Shown: positions 24,692-39,357, counted from the first letter of the stretch. The stretch: 64,000 nt of DNA from Chrysemys picta bellii (GCF_011386835.1 NC_088799.1:16616001-16680000), one strand, 5' to 3'. Program-made: numbers and translations. The notes: generated by a model not told the origin, from the sequence alone.

Positions 24692-25843
24692 GTAAAAGAT
24701 TCACCCTCTGTTTTTGTTTAAATTACACAAACATAGAGTATATTGTTGCTGGTGAAAACTGTGCACAATGCAATATCAGTGTAGCAGGCAGGCGGGGTAT
24801 TATATGGTATTGCTACTGTTCCCTCCAGAAAAAATGTGATTTTTCTAGGTGAGATGGAGAGTTGAGGTGGAAGCCATAGTTGGAGGGAGTGCAACAGTAT
24901 TAAGGGATAAACTAGTATTTAGCCATAGCCTTAGCTGTGAGGGTGGTGGAGACATGCCACCACAGAAGGAGCACCAGAAAACATTTTGCCTCAGGGAGGT
25001 GCAGTGCCCCCTATGTATATCGAGGAGCAATTAACAACACCTCTTTAAGGGATGCAGCATCCTCCACCCTCCCCAGCTTGACTGGTCAACTCTGCTATGA
25101 CTCTGGCCACAGAAGGAGGGAAAGAAAGGTCTCCCTCTCTCCTCTCCCCTGCTGCTTAAGGGCTATGCCATAGTCTAATCCTAAATTTACAAGCTTCAAC
25201 CTAAGTGGTCAGCTATATCTGATTAAATCATTTTCCTGCCTTGCAGGGGCCTCAGGCCTGGGTGCATTTCAGTCCCTCCTTCTTTTCTACCCATTGTCAT
25301 GCAATAGTTTAGTCTCCTGAGAGCTTTAATACTTTCATCTAATTCTTGTTGTTGGGCTTGGTGTGGGGGTAGGGTAGCTGGGTGGTGTTGGTGGCCTGTG
25401 ATATAGAGGATGTTCGACTATAGATAATCTGATGGTTCCTTGTGGCCTTAAATTCTGTAGTACTATACACTTGAGTGAAGAAAGAGCACTTACTCTACAG
25501 TACATACTAATCAGACAGTGTGTGAAATTATGCCACTCTACAGATGTAAAAAATCAGAATTGGAAAAATACAAGACAAGACATTTAGGACCTGATCCGGT
25601 TATCCAGCAACTATTGGAAGTGCTAGAATGGGTTCTAAAAATCCCCTTAATCTATTAGCGTGTGTTAATAGTTGCCAGTTGGAGTAAAAATCTGGTTGGA
25701 GTATATGTATTGTACATCGCTTCAACAGCTGTACATTTCAGAACAGTTTATTCAGCAGCCTCTGAGGCATTTTTTGCCTAGGAAGTAATGTTGCCGGTTT
25801 CACAATAGTATCTCCCTTTAAAAACAAAACATTTCTCTTTCAG

Positions 25844-25999
25844 TAATAAAATAACTCGTGATGGTGTGAAATTTTTGGGAGAACTGCTGAAACGGAACCA
25901 AACTCTGGAAATCCTAGATCTTAATTCAAACAGGATAGAAGATGATGGAGCCATCTATCTGAGTGAAGCTCTGGCTTTGTACAACAGGACTCTTCAAGC
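25844..25999 (+). CDS. LRRC34: LRRC34 coding exon 9
   Basis: CNKITRDGVKFLGELLKRNQTLEILDLNSNRIEDDGAIYLSEALALYNRTLQ; tttcag| and GC|GTTAGT. Confidence 0.95.
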
Positions 26000-27534
26000 G
26001 TTAGTATAGATAAAACTCCCCAAAAGAGATTGCAGGTGTAACTAGTGGAAAATCGGAAAACGTGACACAGCAGTATATGAGTTGGTACATCATTTTTTTA
26101 CGCTAGTCAGCCAAACTGCAAAGTCAAACAGTTTCCAAAATCACATGGATGGGGACAGCTGGGGTCACTGATGATGACAGTCCCATGGCTTCACCTGGAC
26201 TCTGGCAGAACCAGTGAAATACCAGTCCGAGGAATGCTCCCCACTCAGCAAAGCAAACCTGAGTGTCTGGACTGGCTGGGTTGAACTGCTGGGTCAATCT
26301 GTGGGAGGGAAGTCACATGGACTCTCCGCTCTTAGGAGGAGGGATGCTAGAAACAAGAAAGGCTAGGGGCAGAGGGAAGAGAGAGAGAAAACATGAAGAT
26401 GCTCCCTTCCCACCAGTGACAAAGCCCTAGCAGTTTCCCTACCCAGCTTCTGACCCCTAAATTTGATCATCCCCCTGGCAAAAGGAGACCAAACTCTTTA
26501 CCACCTCAGTGACTAAACCCTGGAACACTACTGCTGCCAAGCACTTCCCTTCATGGCAAAAGTGCCAAACTCTCTCCTCCCTCCACCAGGCACAATTCCA
26601 AGCTGCTAAATTTTCTGGTTTACCCTTCCTATGGTCAATTCTACTAAAAGCCCTTTAAACTTTTTTCCATTTTATTTGTTTTCCACCCCCCTTGGTTTAA
26701 GTTATTTGTTGTTATAGAACAGTAGTTTCTGTTGGAAATGTTTTTACTGCTTGTTCTCATACTTCTGATATTTTAGCAAGTTCTTTTCCCCTTATGGATG
26801 AATCTAAAATTAATTCGATAGTATTTTCCTCTGTATTATATTTGTTCACAGTTCACATCTCGAGTCACTCTAATGAACATTTGGCGGTCAGATCTGGTTC
26901 TCGCTTCTTTTTAGTATCTTGACTGTCTAGGCCCTTTCCTGCAAAAGGATTTGCAAACAAAAATCCTAATTGCTGCACAGAGTGCCATTTAAGTCACTGT
27001 GACACACTGCAAGAATAGGGGTGTGTGTGTGTTGTTTCAGGTCTTAACAAGGATTTTCTTGAAGCCTTTTTTTAGTTTATTTCAGGTTCACCAGGAGATT
27101 GTCTAATCTCTCCTACAGGATATATTATGTGTCTTGCAGAAAACCATACCTTTGGCTGGATGTAAGCACTGATCATAGCTGTTGCCCAAAGCCATTAGTT
27201 TTGGGGAGTAAAGATCAAAGAGTCTGCTAGGTGCCTCTGAAAAACTTTCAGGTTCACCAATACAAAAATACCTCTCCCAGCTCCAGGATCGAAGTTTAAC
27301 TTGGCTAGAAGCCAGGGCCATGCTTCAAAACAGACTAAATATAAGAGCTGGCCACCAAGCATAGGGTCACCTGCTTTAAAGAAATGAATTGTCTAATATA
27401 GGACTTAACAGATTTGAGCTATAAAAATCTTTTGTTGCTGATTTGTTCCAAATACCATACTTATGAGGTAGGAATCAAGTGGCTTGGAATTTATGTATAT
27501 AATTTGTTTTTGTTTTATTTCTTCTGTTTACTAG

Positions 27535-27661
27535 GTTAGCAGTAGTGAGCAACAATATAAGTGGAAAAGGACTTGTTGCTCTTTCGGATTCAATGAAAAC
27601 AAACATGGTGCTTTCCTACATTTATATTTGGGGAAACAAATTTGATGAGGCCACCTGTGTC
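27535..27661 (+). CDS. LRRC34: LRRC34 coding exon 10
   Basis: LAVVSNNISGKGLVALSDSMKTNMVLSYIYIWGNKFDEATCV; ctag| and GTC|GTAAGT. Confidence 0.96.
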
Positions 27662-27980
27662 GTAAGTGTTTTCTTTAGCACTGACTTTTTCCACACCTTA
27701 TCTTCGTTTTATACAACTAGTATGCTCACTACAACTATTTGTAAAACTGATGTGTAGTTCATTATATTTTATTTTATTGTAAAATTATGGTAGTTGTGGC
27801 ATTGTCTTCTCATACCAAGCAATTACTGGACAGTAAAAATATACAAGTGATTAAAATGCCATTGAGTGCTGACCCCGTCTGCATCATCTTCTACTGTTCT
27901 GCTTTGGACTTTCTAAGCCTCTGACAGGTAGAACGTTAGAAGAATGTTAAATTCAAATCCTTTGCATTTGTTCATTTCAG

Positions 27981-28184
27981 GCATTTTCAGACTTAATTAA
28001 AACTGGCCGCTTGAAACCAAATTGTACAGACGTGGATCCGTATGAAGTGGATGGGCATGTATATCTTGCAGAACTCTCTCATGGCCTTAAAAGGCATTAC
28101 TATTGGACACCAAGTTATGGGGAGGTTGATAACAAAGATGCTAATGCCAGTCTTGCAATAGGAGCAGTTGCAGAACATTTGTGA
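27981..28184 (+). CDS. LRRC34: LRRC34 last coding exon (stop TGA 28182-28184)
   Basis: AFSDLIKTGRLKPNCTDVDPYEVDGHVYLAELSHGLKRHYYW...EHL*; tttcag| acceptor. Confidence 0.96.
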   Translation, partial: AFSDLIKTGRLKPNCTDVDPYEVDGHVYLAELSHGLKRHYYWTPSYGEVDNKDANASLAIGAVAEHL

Positions 28185-28393
28185 ACAAGGTAACAACTTG
28201 ATGCATTTATATCTATCAGCTTGAGGGTTTTTCTGGCTTATTTCTTTGTAAATCAAAATGATAGTATGTAGTTTCTTGAGGAAGTTATTTTGGAGTGCGC
28301 CAATATACATTTGAAAAGTACTAGAGATAAAACCAACTCAAACTGAGTCCAACATGAGTTTTTTAACAAAGTAGTATATGTTGTTGCTGTAGG

Positions 28394-28552
28394 CAGTGGT
28401 TCCCAACCTATTTAGCATTGTGGGCCCCATATGCAGCTCTCTCTGTGTTATGTGGGCCACATCCACACAATATACATACTACCTATATAGCCCTGAGGAT
28501 GTCACATGGGCCACAGCTGTGTGCTGATTGAGCTGCAGGTTGAGGACCACTG
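28394..28552. mobile_element. hAT-like MITE about 210 bp after the LRRC34 stop
   Basis: TIRs cagtggttcccaacc / ggttgaggaccactg; flanks share ctgtag. Confidence 0.7.
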
Positions 28553-29293
28553 CTGTAGATAAACAGACGCTTGCTAAATGATGCCCAGACTATGATTAAA
28601 GAACTCTTATGATGAAACTGCATGGGTTTAATTGCTGTCATTTTTTATATAAGGAGACACGATGATCTCTGTTACAGACTATTGTCTCAAGCTTCCGTCT
28701 TCTTTCTGTGCCCAGTCACTTAGTCAATATGATCCACCCTCCCACAGAGTAACAGTGGAAGAGCAACCAACTATGACAGTGCAAAGTACTGCTATCTTCC
28801 ACAGGTACAGCACAAAGTTGTGGGGGTGGGTTTTAAGTGACAGATTATACTGCCCTTAAATAGAGTGTACATTGGCAAGAAAATCAGGCTTCTAAAATAA
28901 AGCAAAATTGTCAAGTAGCTACAGCAATGCACTTAGAAAGCACCTATGTAATTATTATTGCTAGTTTGACTCTCAGTGCCACAACGTTGCTATCCTAGCG
29001 CTATGGGACTACTTAGGGCCCCACTGTATCAGGCAGAAATATCCAAGAGGGTATTGATACTGATTGTGTGTGTGCACAAAGTTAGCCTTAGCCCTGGAAG
29101 TGGGGAGAGAGAGATATTGGGCTTTTGTGCCTGTTTAGATACCATGCAGATCAGAATCACTGTAATGACTTAGGCCAGTGGTTGATCTGCTCCAGTATCC
29201 TGTCTTGCAGTGTCTATGAGAAAGATGCATATTGGCTCATAAGGGACAGTTATGGAATATCCTGCTTCCAGATAGTTTCTTCTTACTGTTAAA

Positions 29294-29486
29294 TATCAGA
29301 GGGTAGCCGTGTTGGTCTGTAGCCACAAAAACAATGAGGAGTGCGGTGGCACCTTAAAGACTAACATTTATTTGGGCATAAGTTTTCGTGGGTTAAAAAC
29401 CCCACTTCTGGGTTTTTTACCCATGAAAGCTTATGCCCAAATAAATCCATTAGTCTTTAAGGTGCCACCGGACCCCTCATTGTTTT
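29294..29486. mobile_element. PLE terminal-repeat insert (second subfamily) with inverted arm; ribozyme core incomplete
   Basis: gggtagccgtgttggtctg...gcataagttttcgtgggttaaaaaccccacttct then inverted gggttttttacccatgaaagcttatgcc...ggtgccaccgga. Confidence 0.8.
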
Positions 29487-29500
29487 CCTATGGTTAGGTA

Positions 29501-30017
29501 GGCCTGGTCTACACTACAGTTAGGTTGACATAAGGCAGCTTATGTCAACCTAATTATGTCAGTGTCTACACTACAGCCTTGCTCCTGCCAATGTTAAGTG
29601 TCCTACTACACTGACATAACGCCACCTCCATGAAAGATGTAGGGCTTCTGTCGGTGTAGTTAGGGTGATGCAGTGTCTGTTACTTACATGGGCTGTTGGC
29701 TGTCTTGTCAATTTCATGGCATGGATAGCTAGAACCCAGCTGCCCCCATTCCCTGGGAGAGCTGGCCATCTGGACCCCCCTCCTGGTTGGGAGCTGGAGC
29801 GAGAAGCTGGGGGGGCAGCCAGGCTCCCAGCAGGAAGCTGCCAGCAGAGTTGAGAGACCGTGCTCCCAACACTGCCCCTCTTAGGTCAGTGGAAGTGCTC
29901 CTGCTATGCCACCAAGCCAAGCAGGGTAGTGTGGACATGCACCACCACAGTATTTACCGTGGTGGCTGTAAGTAGACCTAATATAGGTTGACTTAAGTTT
30001 CTAGTGTAGACATACCC
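29501..30017. mobile_element. Harbinger MITE related to the 9780-13669 element
   Basis: Starts ggcctggtctacactaca.ttaggttgacataag, like the 9780 element; ends gtgtagacataccc followed by tta. Confidence 0.8.
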
Positions 30018-33000
30018 TTAGTGGTAGGTTTATTTGAGAAGTATGATAGTATGTTTATATTCTTTGTCAAAATCTTAGATCATCCTCCACTTTTGCTGCA
30101 CATTTATGTTCAAACTACTTTCACTGATTAAATTAACAACTTATGCATTGTTAATTTACTATTAATGCTAATGATGGATAATTTTATTCATAAAAGTAAT
30201 GTAAGCTTAAAGTAGGCTGTGATAAGTAACCATGACTCTGCCAGAAGCAGTGTTTTAATTTTAATTGGTTTGATGAGAGTAATAACATCACAAACAAAAT
30301 GTGAAAGGATAAATGGCATCCATTTTGAAAATAAGTGATGTGTATTTTCAAAGAACACCTTCACTGCACCTCATTATTTATTTTAACAGTAAGAGCCTTG
30401 GCCTGTGACCGCATTCTGTTCTATTGCCATTATCACCAATGGTTGTCCACATCTCTAACACCACTAATTCCTTCATACTTTTTATGAGAGAGTGCTATAA
30501 GATGTTTACTTCTAAATCTATTACAGTACTTATTTCAGCAGGTTTCTTCAAATTAAAATAGCCAAAATAACAAATTCTGTCCGAGGACTAAGGTAGCTTG
30601 TATACTTCTGAATTAAAAAATTACTATAGGCAAGAAACTACTACTTTATTCCTGTGTATAAACTGTAATAGCTAAAATGCTATATAGTTCTCATCTTTGA
30701 AGCTCCAAGCACTTTACAAGGGGAAACTGAGGCACTGGGACAAGATACGATTTGCCCAAAGTCACCCAGCAAGTCAGTGGCAGTGCTTTAGCCAACAGGC
30801 TCTACTGTCTCCATAAAAAAAATACAAGTGATTTAAAAAAAAAAAAAAACACCTCTGTAGAAGACATTCACTGCAAAGTAATTTATATCTGCTTTAAAAC
30901 TTGGGGGTAAACTTGCATTGTTTTGCACACTGCTTTGAATCTTTCACTGCTCAAAAATAATTATAGTAAGTAGTATTTAGAACAAAGTTTTTGTTCCTTT
31001 ACACCCAAAATATTACCTTGTAGCAAGGGACTTGGGTGTTTTCTTCTGTTGGAAGGAAAATGTAATGAATGATGCTGTTCCCAAATAACCCTTATACAGC
31101 TGTATACGGTGCTAACGGCTGTCTCTGAGCCCTCTATGATGCTTGCATAGTGCGTTGTGATGGTGGTTATGTTAGACTGTCTCCCCTCCTCCTTTAATTA
31201 CTACCCTTTGTAATTACAAACACCAGACACAAACTGAGGGAAAATTACAAAACAAGTTTATTAAAGCCTAACAAACACTGCAACCTAAGTATGTACAAAA
31301 CCCCCACAGGGGATTATAAAAAAAGAATTGAACTATCTACACATAACAGAAGGAAAAACACTTTGTATATACAGGAAAAATACTTCAATAATAACTTAAC
31401 CCAAATCAATTACTAGTTCTTATCTAGACCTATTTCTGTAAGTCTTACCAACAGCTTCTCACAAAGTCCAGTCTTGTAATCCTTACTCAGGGCTTTTCTA
31501 CACTTGGAACTTACCAAAATAATTATTGCAGAGTAGCTATTCTGGTATAACTCACCATTCTGGAATAGCTAGCTATTTTGGTAAATTTCCAAGAGTAGTC
31601 AAGCCCTCAGGCAAAACTTCCATTAAAGTTAGTGGACTTGCTGAGATTTGGATCACACTAGAGATATTCTTTAGAAATCTTTTTCAAGATTTTAAAGAAA
31701 TTTTAATGCTCCCGCTTTCATTTTTCAGAAAGGAGAAATTTGGTTAACTATTAACGGCATTTGACTATTTAAGATAGTTTTCCCCCTATTCACTCTTTAC
31801 ATGGACCATCAATCCTCTTGATATAACTTCCAGCTCCAAATTGAACTTGAGAGCAGTAAGCCTCCACATAAGAGATGCATGGAAAGTACTCCAGGCATTG
31901 TCATAGATATGCAGTAGAGCTCTCTCTCAAAGTTCGACAGCACCCAGCTGGAACTCTTACACATTTTTTTACATTATATGCTATATTAAATTAATATATT
32001 TAAGGGAAATGAACTCAGCAGCTGAGTCATTTTCATCAAAGTTGAGGATAAGAATTGGTACTCAAGACTACAGATCATTAAATTATTGCTGCAAGAGAAC
32101 AACTTTATTGGAACCTGTGTATTCTGTGAAGAGAGGTTTAAAACCGTTGTCTTGTAAAAATGATGATCTTCCTGTGTATAAAGAAAACTAAATGAGTAAT
32201 ATAAAGCAAATGTCACCTCTATAAATATCTAAACTGGATCCAGTATAAATCTAAGCACTGATTTTTTTTTTAAAGTCTGAAATGTAAGAATACTGTAGTA
32301 ATCTAAAATTTTAGAAATATAAAAACAGTTGAAACAAACATCCTTATGGAATGCATATTCTACATAGGAATGTGTTTTTCAGAGTTAGTTTGCTCTTCTG
32401 GTAATATATGCATTACTCAGTAATTCTGAACAAGTTAAAAAAAAGTTTAAGTAATAGCACATCAGAAGAGATGTACTTTAATACATTTAAAGATGAACTT
32501 GCCAAATAGCAGTGTAACCATATGAGTTGGCAGAGCGCTTAAGACGGCTTTTCTTTTGTGCAATACTAATTACTAAAACTGCGTTCATCCTTATACCTTT
32601 GCTGTATTTTTGGTCAGAAAATGCAGCCTTAGATCTGGTCACATGGAGTGGACCTTTGTCACTTATATTCAAGGCCCTGCTTTTTGGTGCGATTCTTCAG
32701 TCACAGAATTACCAGTTGGCCACGGAATCCTTGAGAGATTACGAGGGAAAAAAACAAAGATTTCAAAAGAATGAAAAAAGCCACACTGCGCACCACTGAA
32801 AACCCAAAATGATTCATCCAATGTCCTTCAGCACATGAGTGTAGGACAGTAGATGCTGGCAAATGCTGTAATGGAGATAAGTGCAAAGTGAAGGTCAGGA
32901 AGCAATGGCAAGGATTGGCTTCAGTGCAGTGAGAAGACTCTTAGGAGACTTGGTTGTACTTCATAATGTCCAGTAACCCTCAACACCAAATTGACCACAT

Positions 33001-33559
33001 GTAATTAAGCATTAAACAATCAAAAACAGTTTTACACATCACATTTAAAATTATAAACAACAAAAGATGAAAGGTCTATTTCATTTAAAAGGTACAGACA
33101 AAGGAAAACAGACACATGGATAAAGAAAGCAACAAATAAAAGACAGAGCCATGCCCAGGATTCAGGATAAATCCACTAAGAAATTTTTCACAAGGCCCTT
33201 TTAATTAAGGTGAAGATGAGTTGTTATATGGAGTAGAGTAAGAATTATATTAAGAGGCATCTTCTATGCTCTTCTGTTTACCACAGCCTAGACCCAAGGC
33301 ACCAATGCAGATAAAATGATATCAACAAATAACCAACCAACAAAGAATGCACTTAAATATCACAGGTGCTGTTTATCTGACTGGAGAAAACATGCCTTTG
33401 TGGCTCTTTATTTGATGATTCTTGACAGTTCTAAGATTGACTTGGTGAGGCATAAAAACACTCCCACTAATCACAATGGAGTTTAAGCAGTGACGCTCTC
33501 AGACACCAGAAACACTGCTTGTAAAAGAAAAAGCTAATGTAAACTCCTTGGGCCAGGCT

Positions 33560-35612
33560 TACAGACAATGTGGTTCAAGCTGCAGTAGCCGCAGTTGGAT
33601 ATCAATAGAGGTAGAAGAAGATCTGGATAACTCAAGAGATATGACGTCTCACTGAGGAAGGAAAGGTTTCAGAGTAGCAGCCATGTTAGTCTGTACCCGC
33701 AAAAAGAACAGAACAGAAGTACTTGTGCCACAAGTACTCCTGTTCTTTTGGAGGAAGGAAAGATATTGAAAGGAAAAATCCTGAATGCTAAAACCAACCA
33801 GAGTACTGGACAAAGCAGAGGAGTGCATGAAAGCAGACAGAGCGGTGAAAAGCAACACAAGGGCAGAAGAATGAAGATACACTGAAGATCTAGCAGCTGA
33901 AGCTGCTGCTATTATGGGATATCAGAGCTATTTACCAAGTGATTAAAATCCGGTGTGTCAATTTCAGAATAGGACATGGGCCAATAAAAAGCAAAGATGG
34001 AAAAATGCTTACAACTGAGGTAGAACAGAAAAATTAATGGGCAGAGCATTCACAGAAGTCCCCAACAGACCAAGGTCGACTTCAGCAACAGATTTCCATT
34101 TAAACATGCAAACCTGACCAACTTGACGTTAACATCAGTCCAAGAGACATGACAGAAGTACAGGCCACAATCAGGAAGCTGAAAAAAATAAAGCAGCAGC
34201 AGATGATCAAATCACTGCAGAAATGCTAAAAACATTTGATACCATCACCTTAATGAAACTGACAGAGCTGTTTAATAAAGTTTGGGAAAAAGAGAAGCCG
34301 CCTGACCAATGGAAATATGGAATCATTGTCGGAATGTCCAAAAGGGGTGATCTTATTGACTAACAACTGAAGAGGAGTTACACTACTCTGTTGCAGGGAA
34401 AGCCTTCTGTAGTGTGATTCTAAATAGGATGAAAGAGGCAGTGGACGCAAAGCGTAGAAAACAGGCTGGATTCAGGCCCAAGAGATTCTGTGTAGACCAG
34501 ATATTCAGTTAAGGACCACCACAGAAGAAAGTATAGAATGACAAGCTCTCCTCAACAATTTCACTGATTTTTTTTTTTTCCAAAAGGCTTCCCCCCCCCC
34601 AAATAGACATACATTATGGACTATTCATTCTTCACTCCTATGGAATCCCAGCTAAAGTCATAATCATCATCAAGGCCACATACAGAGATGTGAAGTGCTC
34701 TGCAAGGGTGGACACCCAGACAACTGAATGGTTCAGTGTGGACACTGATGTGAAACAGGGCTGCATTTTATCACTGCTGGTGTTTAGCATTGCCATAGAC
34801 TGAATATTGAAGAAGTGTATTAGCAATACTAACACTAGTATAGCGTGGGGGAGTTGGCAAATGTCCAGAAGGCCTAGACTTTGCTGATGATATCATGCTG
34901 AATGACACCCATGAAAAGTTACTAATAAAGACAGACAACCTTGCCGCCAACAACAGGCCAATCAGGGCTCAAAATTAGTCATGCTAAAACAAACATCTTT
35001 GAAACCTAGATTTTAATATTACTGGCAAAAATATCAAGAAAGTAAACCCATTCATCTACCTTGGCAGTACCATATTGACCAATGGACATCACAAGAAGGA
35101 AGTGACATCAAGAATAGGAAAGGCACCCACAGCATTACTAACCTTAATATGGAAAATCAGACCAAAACTGAGAATTTTCAATTCTAATGTAATCTCAGTG
35201 CTAACATATGGCTGTGACAGATGGAGATCTACCAAATGGTTAGACAGAAAACTAGACACCATTGAAAATAAGTGCCTATGTAAGATTCTGGAGAGTGAGA
35301 AAGACTTCATTACCAATGAAGAGATCCATGAAATCAATCAGCAACTCATTTCCACCACACTCAGAAGGAGCCCTGAACATCTATGGGGCATGTACTCTGG
35401 ATGTCAACACAAAGACTCCACATGAAGCTGTTCAGTGGAAACCAACTGGTGTGAGGAAATAAGGAGTCCAAGAGAAACCTTAAGAAGAACCTTTAGCAGA
35501 GAGGGAGGGCAGAATAGTTTGTCTCAGCACCATACAGCAGACAGAAGCAGCAGCAAAAGACAGAGGAATTGAAGAGCCTAATATCTGCCCTGTGTGCCAA
35601 CCGTGGCACAAA
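33560..35612 (+). mobile_element. Decayed RTE-clade LINE (RT region)
   Basis: Fragments VKQGCILS.L.FSIAID, DFADDIML and KLRIFNSNVISVLTYGCDRW; many frameshifts and stops. Confidence 0.8.
33666..33750. mobile_element. 85-bp PLE terminal-repeat insert inside the RTE
   Basis: gtttcagagtagcagccatgttagtctgta...; 12-bp TSD GAGGAAGGAAAG (33654-33665, 33751-33762). Confidence 0.85.
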
Positions 35613-36649
35613 AATGTTTGTTTAAAAAAACCCAGAAAAACAACAAACCTTTATCACATGGGTCTTGTTACAAACTGCAGCAACTGCCTAAAACTGCACT
35701 ACTGGCATGGGAAATAAAGCAGTAGATAAACACTGCATTTATTTTTTAAGGAAATGTTTTTCTATTATGCCCTCCTGAATTCTGGCATGGAATAGTAAGA
35801 GCCCATTGTGGGTAACCCCAAAGCTTAGGGCCTCTGGTCAATCTTCTTTACTAAAACACCCCCATCTTTAGCTTTCATTTAATTTTTTTAGAGTAAATTT
35901 ATTGCTCATATATTGTAAGCTCATCAGGGCAGGAACTGTCTCCCCTGATGTGTCTGTATAGTGCTTAACCCAAAAGGCCTCTGATCCTGACTGGGAGTTC
36001 TAGGTGCTACTGTAATATTAATACTATGATGATGAAAGTCAGACATGTGCTACCCATGGCTCCTCACAGCTAACTCAACACACCTTCTTACTTACAATAA
36101 TCCAATAATGCTTCAAAAACATTTCACCAGAGAACTGGCCCAGTTGCCATCATATACTCCTCTTACATTGACCTGGAGTTTGGGAGCCTGTATTTAATAA
36201 ATTTGTCATGCAATTTTTTTTAAACAAGGCTGTGTACAAGGACCACACCTGTGAGTTGAAGTATTTAAAGTAAACTAACTAACAAAAATATGGCTTGAAA
36301 GTCTGCTCACAAATGACACTAACATTTTAGTTCTGCATGAGCATTGGAGGAGATCTCCAGAGTACAGTTACGTATCTATTTAACAGACGATTCTTAAGGC
36401 AGGTGCTCTGGAAAGGTATTTCCTCCTAGGAAATGTCAGTGGTCAATTACAATGGTAAATATGATTTCGGATTAGCAAAATTTAACAAGAAGTGAGAAAC
36501 AGCACTGCACAGTGTAGATACATTACCAAATGTCTTCACTCAAATGAATGAGTAAGAGTAAGTCCAACAGCTTGGATGATGATGTTCACCTTACCAATAA
36601 TGTGTGTGTTCACTACCAGGATTGTCTTGTTGATTCCCATATCGCACAG

Positions 36650-36918
36650 TCAGTACAACTGCTGCAGGAAAATAAACTGAGGTTCTGAATATCCAGTCAC
36701 AGCAGACCTCAGCAATGTGTCTGAGGAAGGAGACTGATTACCAGTTAGAGGCAGCAGCATCTGATGGTCTTCCGTCCCAATGGGAAGAGAAAGTGGTAAA
36801 GACATCTCAGAAGGCTTCACATCTGCAGACTCTGACAAAGGGCTTTTCTGATTCTGAATGGATTCTTCCTCATTGTAGGAATTATCAACTGTGTTAGAAT
36901 CAAGGGTGGTTTCAGATC
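36650..36918 (-). CDS. MYNN: Myoneurin last coding exon (stop TGA)
   Basis: GSETTLDSN...SEPQFIFLQQLY*; acceptor ttttgag| at 36920-36919. Confidence 0.96.
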
Positions 36919-39172
36919 CTCAAAACAAAACAAACAAAATTTGTAACATTTATTCATGAGGAAAAAGTAAAATGCCTGCAATTAATGTAAGGAAAAGTAC
37001 ACTAGTGACAGGAAAAACAGTTGAGTGGGTGAGGTAAATTAAGATATGAACCTTTTTTATCCGTCAAAAAACCTCAACACTCCCCCCACCATCAAATGAT
37101 AAAATCATAGGAATGGAAGGAAACTCGAGAAATCATCTAGTCCAATCTCCCTCTCTCCCCACCCCGGAAGCAGGAACAAGTACACCTACTTCAGTCCCCT
37201 TAAAACACTTTGTTACAACTATTCTCTTCTAGGGAACAAACACTGGATAGAGAACTGCTCAAAATTCAAGAAGGGTGATCTGCAGCACTGCAAAGCTATC
37301 CCTTTCATCCAGCTGGCTGGTAGGCTTAAAAAAGAGTTCTTTAAGTGTAAGCATTTGGGGTGTCTGAAACTGCCTGAAACTCAGCCACCAAGCCAGTCTG
37401 AGCTTAGTCTGAGCTTTAAGTATCAAGTCCCTGGTGCCTGTGTCCAGGTCGTGACAGCTTGAGAAATGATACATCACAACAGAGCCTCCATTATATGGGC
37501 CATATTAGAGTAACAAATCCTTATTGTCACAGTTAGGATTTGTTACTCTACTATGGGAAAAATCAGCAGGGATTCCCTGAAATATTCTAGCAGTGGGCTG
37601 TAGAACCGTGGGCACGTCAAGCATCACATCTTTCAATTAACACAGTGCTAGGAAGAACAGAACTTTTGCAGGAGAAGGTTGTTTTTACACAGTCATTGTC
37701 TAGAGTACAAGTGCACTAGAAAAATCAGTTTTGTTCAGGTCTCAGCTGAAATGGGTGACAATGGATCTTTCATTAAACTTTCACATATGTCTCCTCTGCC
37801 CCTGAATCCTTGTAGGGCTTTGAGTCAGGCCCTGCTGAGGCTAGATACGGATATTAATTAATCGTGCCATGACAATACAATATTATGGTAGCATGCAAGG
37901 GCCACAAACTAAGCAAAGGTTTGCAGTTCTCTTGTTGATGCTACTTTAACTCTCTTCTCTCCCTGCCACCACTTTTGCTTCTTTCTCACCTCATCGTCCA
38001 TGTGTCCACGTACTCAGTCTGCACCACACTCCAGCTCCTTCAGCCTGGCCCTCCTTTGCTTGGCAGCCTCTACATCCCTCTCCCAACCTGTCTCTTCACT
38101 ATTCTTCCAGCTCCACTTCCACCAAACCCTCCCCAGCAGCTTACAGCTTGTCTCTCCCTGACACTCCCTTCCTTTATCTACTTGATCCTCCCAATCCATC
38201 TTCTACTTGCAATTTCACTAGTCCATGATCCTCAAAGCTGCAACTGCACGTTACTTCTCTTCATTCTGCTAGTCTCTCCCCTGTACTGTCTGGGCCAACC
38301 CCGGTGATTTCTTTTTTTATACAACTAGAGGCAAGGGGGTTGTGGTATTAATGCACTTAAGTATGGACAGATGTGATCCACTGTAAGAAGGCATGCCAGT
38401 CTGGAGGGAGGTTGTTTACATTATCATCTGAACTGCCCACATACAACTCCTCCATGCTCAGTACTGTAAGCTATCTGTATAACAAAGTTACTGCCATTCA
38501 AACACTTGCATGTAAATCTAGAAAGAATAGGACTAGGTATAACTGAGAAATATTTTTTAGGATAGAATTCCTAATTGTAAGCATTGCACCAGCTGTCTAT
38601 CTGAGCTTGCATGCCTGTTAATCCAGCTCAGACATGGATTAACTTTGACTATATAAAAAAAACCAAACCCAACAAACCCAGCATCTTTAACCATTGCATA
38701 AAGGAACATTTGGGCCTACAAAGAATCCGGAAAAGTAATTCCTGGAATTGGTGTGTCTCATTCACCTCAAATCTAGACCTGAGAGAGCCATCAGAATGTG
38801 GGGTAGAGCCATACTGAATAGGATTCACAAAAGTCTTTTGTGACCCAGATGACTTTCACAGCTGTCTTAGAGCAGAAATCTTTCAGTTTTATTAGATGAG
38901 ACCAGATTTTTAAACATTAATTGTCTTGTCAGCAGCCCCCCACTCCCTATTGGCAATAGTGGCTTAACACTATAGTCACTGCATTTTCTTTTTTAACACT
39001 GCGCCAGGACCTTCCATTTTAAAGCCTGCTTTTTTCAATCCTTATCATCTGAAAGATTGGGGTGCCATTAGAGCAGATATTCTAGGCATTAAACAGAGCT
39101 ACTAGCCAGACCTCTTTTCTTATCTAATTTTATGTTACATTTAAAAACATTTATTTAGCACTAAAGCAGAAT

Positions 39173-39298
39173 CAGGTTTCAGAGTAGCAGCCGTGTTAGT
39201 CTGTATCCGCAAAAAGAACAGGAGTGGGCTGTAGTCCACAAAAGCTTATGCTCTAATAAATTTGTTAGTCTCTAAGGTGCCACAAGTACTCCTGTTCT
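39173..39298. mobile_element. PLE terminal-repeat insert in the last MYNN intron; ribozyme truncated
   Basis: 11-bp TSD TAAAGCAGAAT (39162-39172, 39299-39309); retains stem II but lacks the CnGAnGA core and has G12A. Confidence 0.85.
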
Positions 39299-39357
39299 TA
39301 AAGCAGAATTGTTATTCTATGACCCCAAAAATTCATTTTTACAAGACTAACACTTAC

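Noticed and set aside
27103-27321. 72-aa minus-strand ORF with Cys/His tail in LRRC34 intron 9
   Set aside because: No recognisable domain or splice context; length expected by chance.
31156-31657. TG...CA bounded 502-bp segment as a solo LTR
   Set aside because: No TSD and no second copy in the window to support it.
28185-36649. An extra gene between the convergent LRRC34 and MYNN 3' ends, and exact polyA sites
   Set aside because: Only TE fragments and short ORFs were seen; several AATAAA/ATTAAA candidates exist but cannot be assigned without transcript data.
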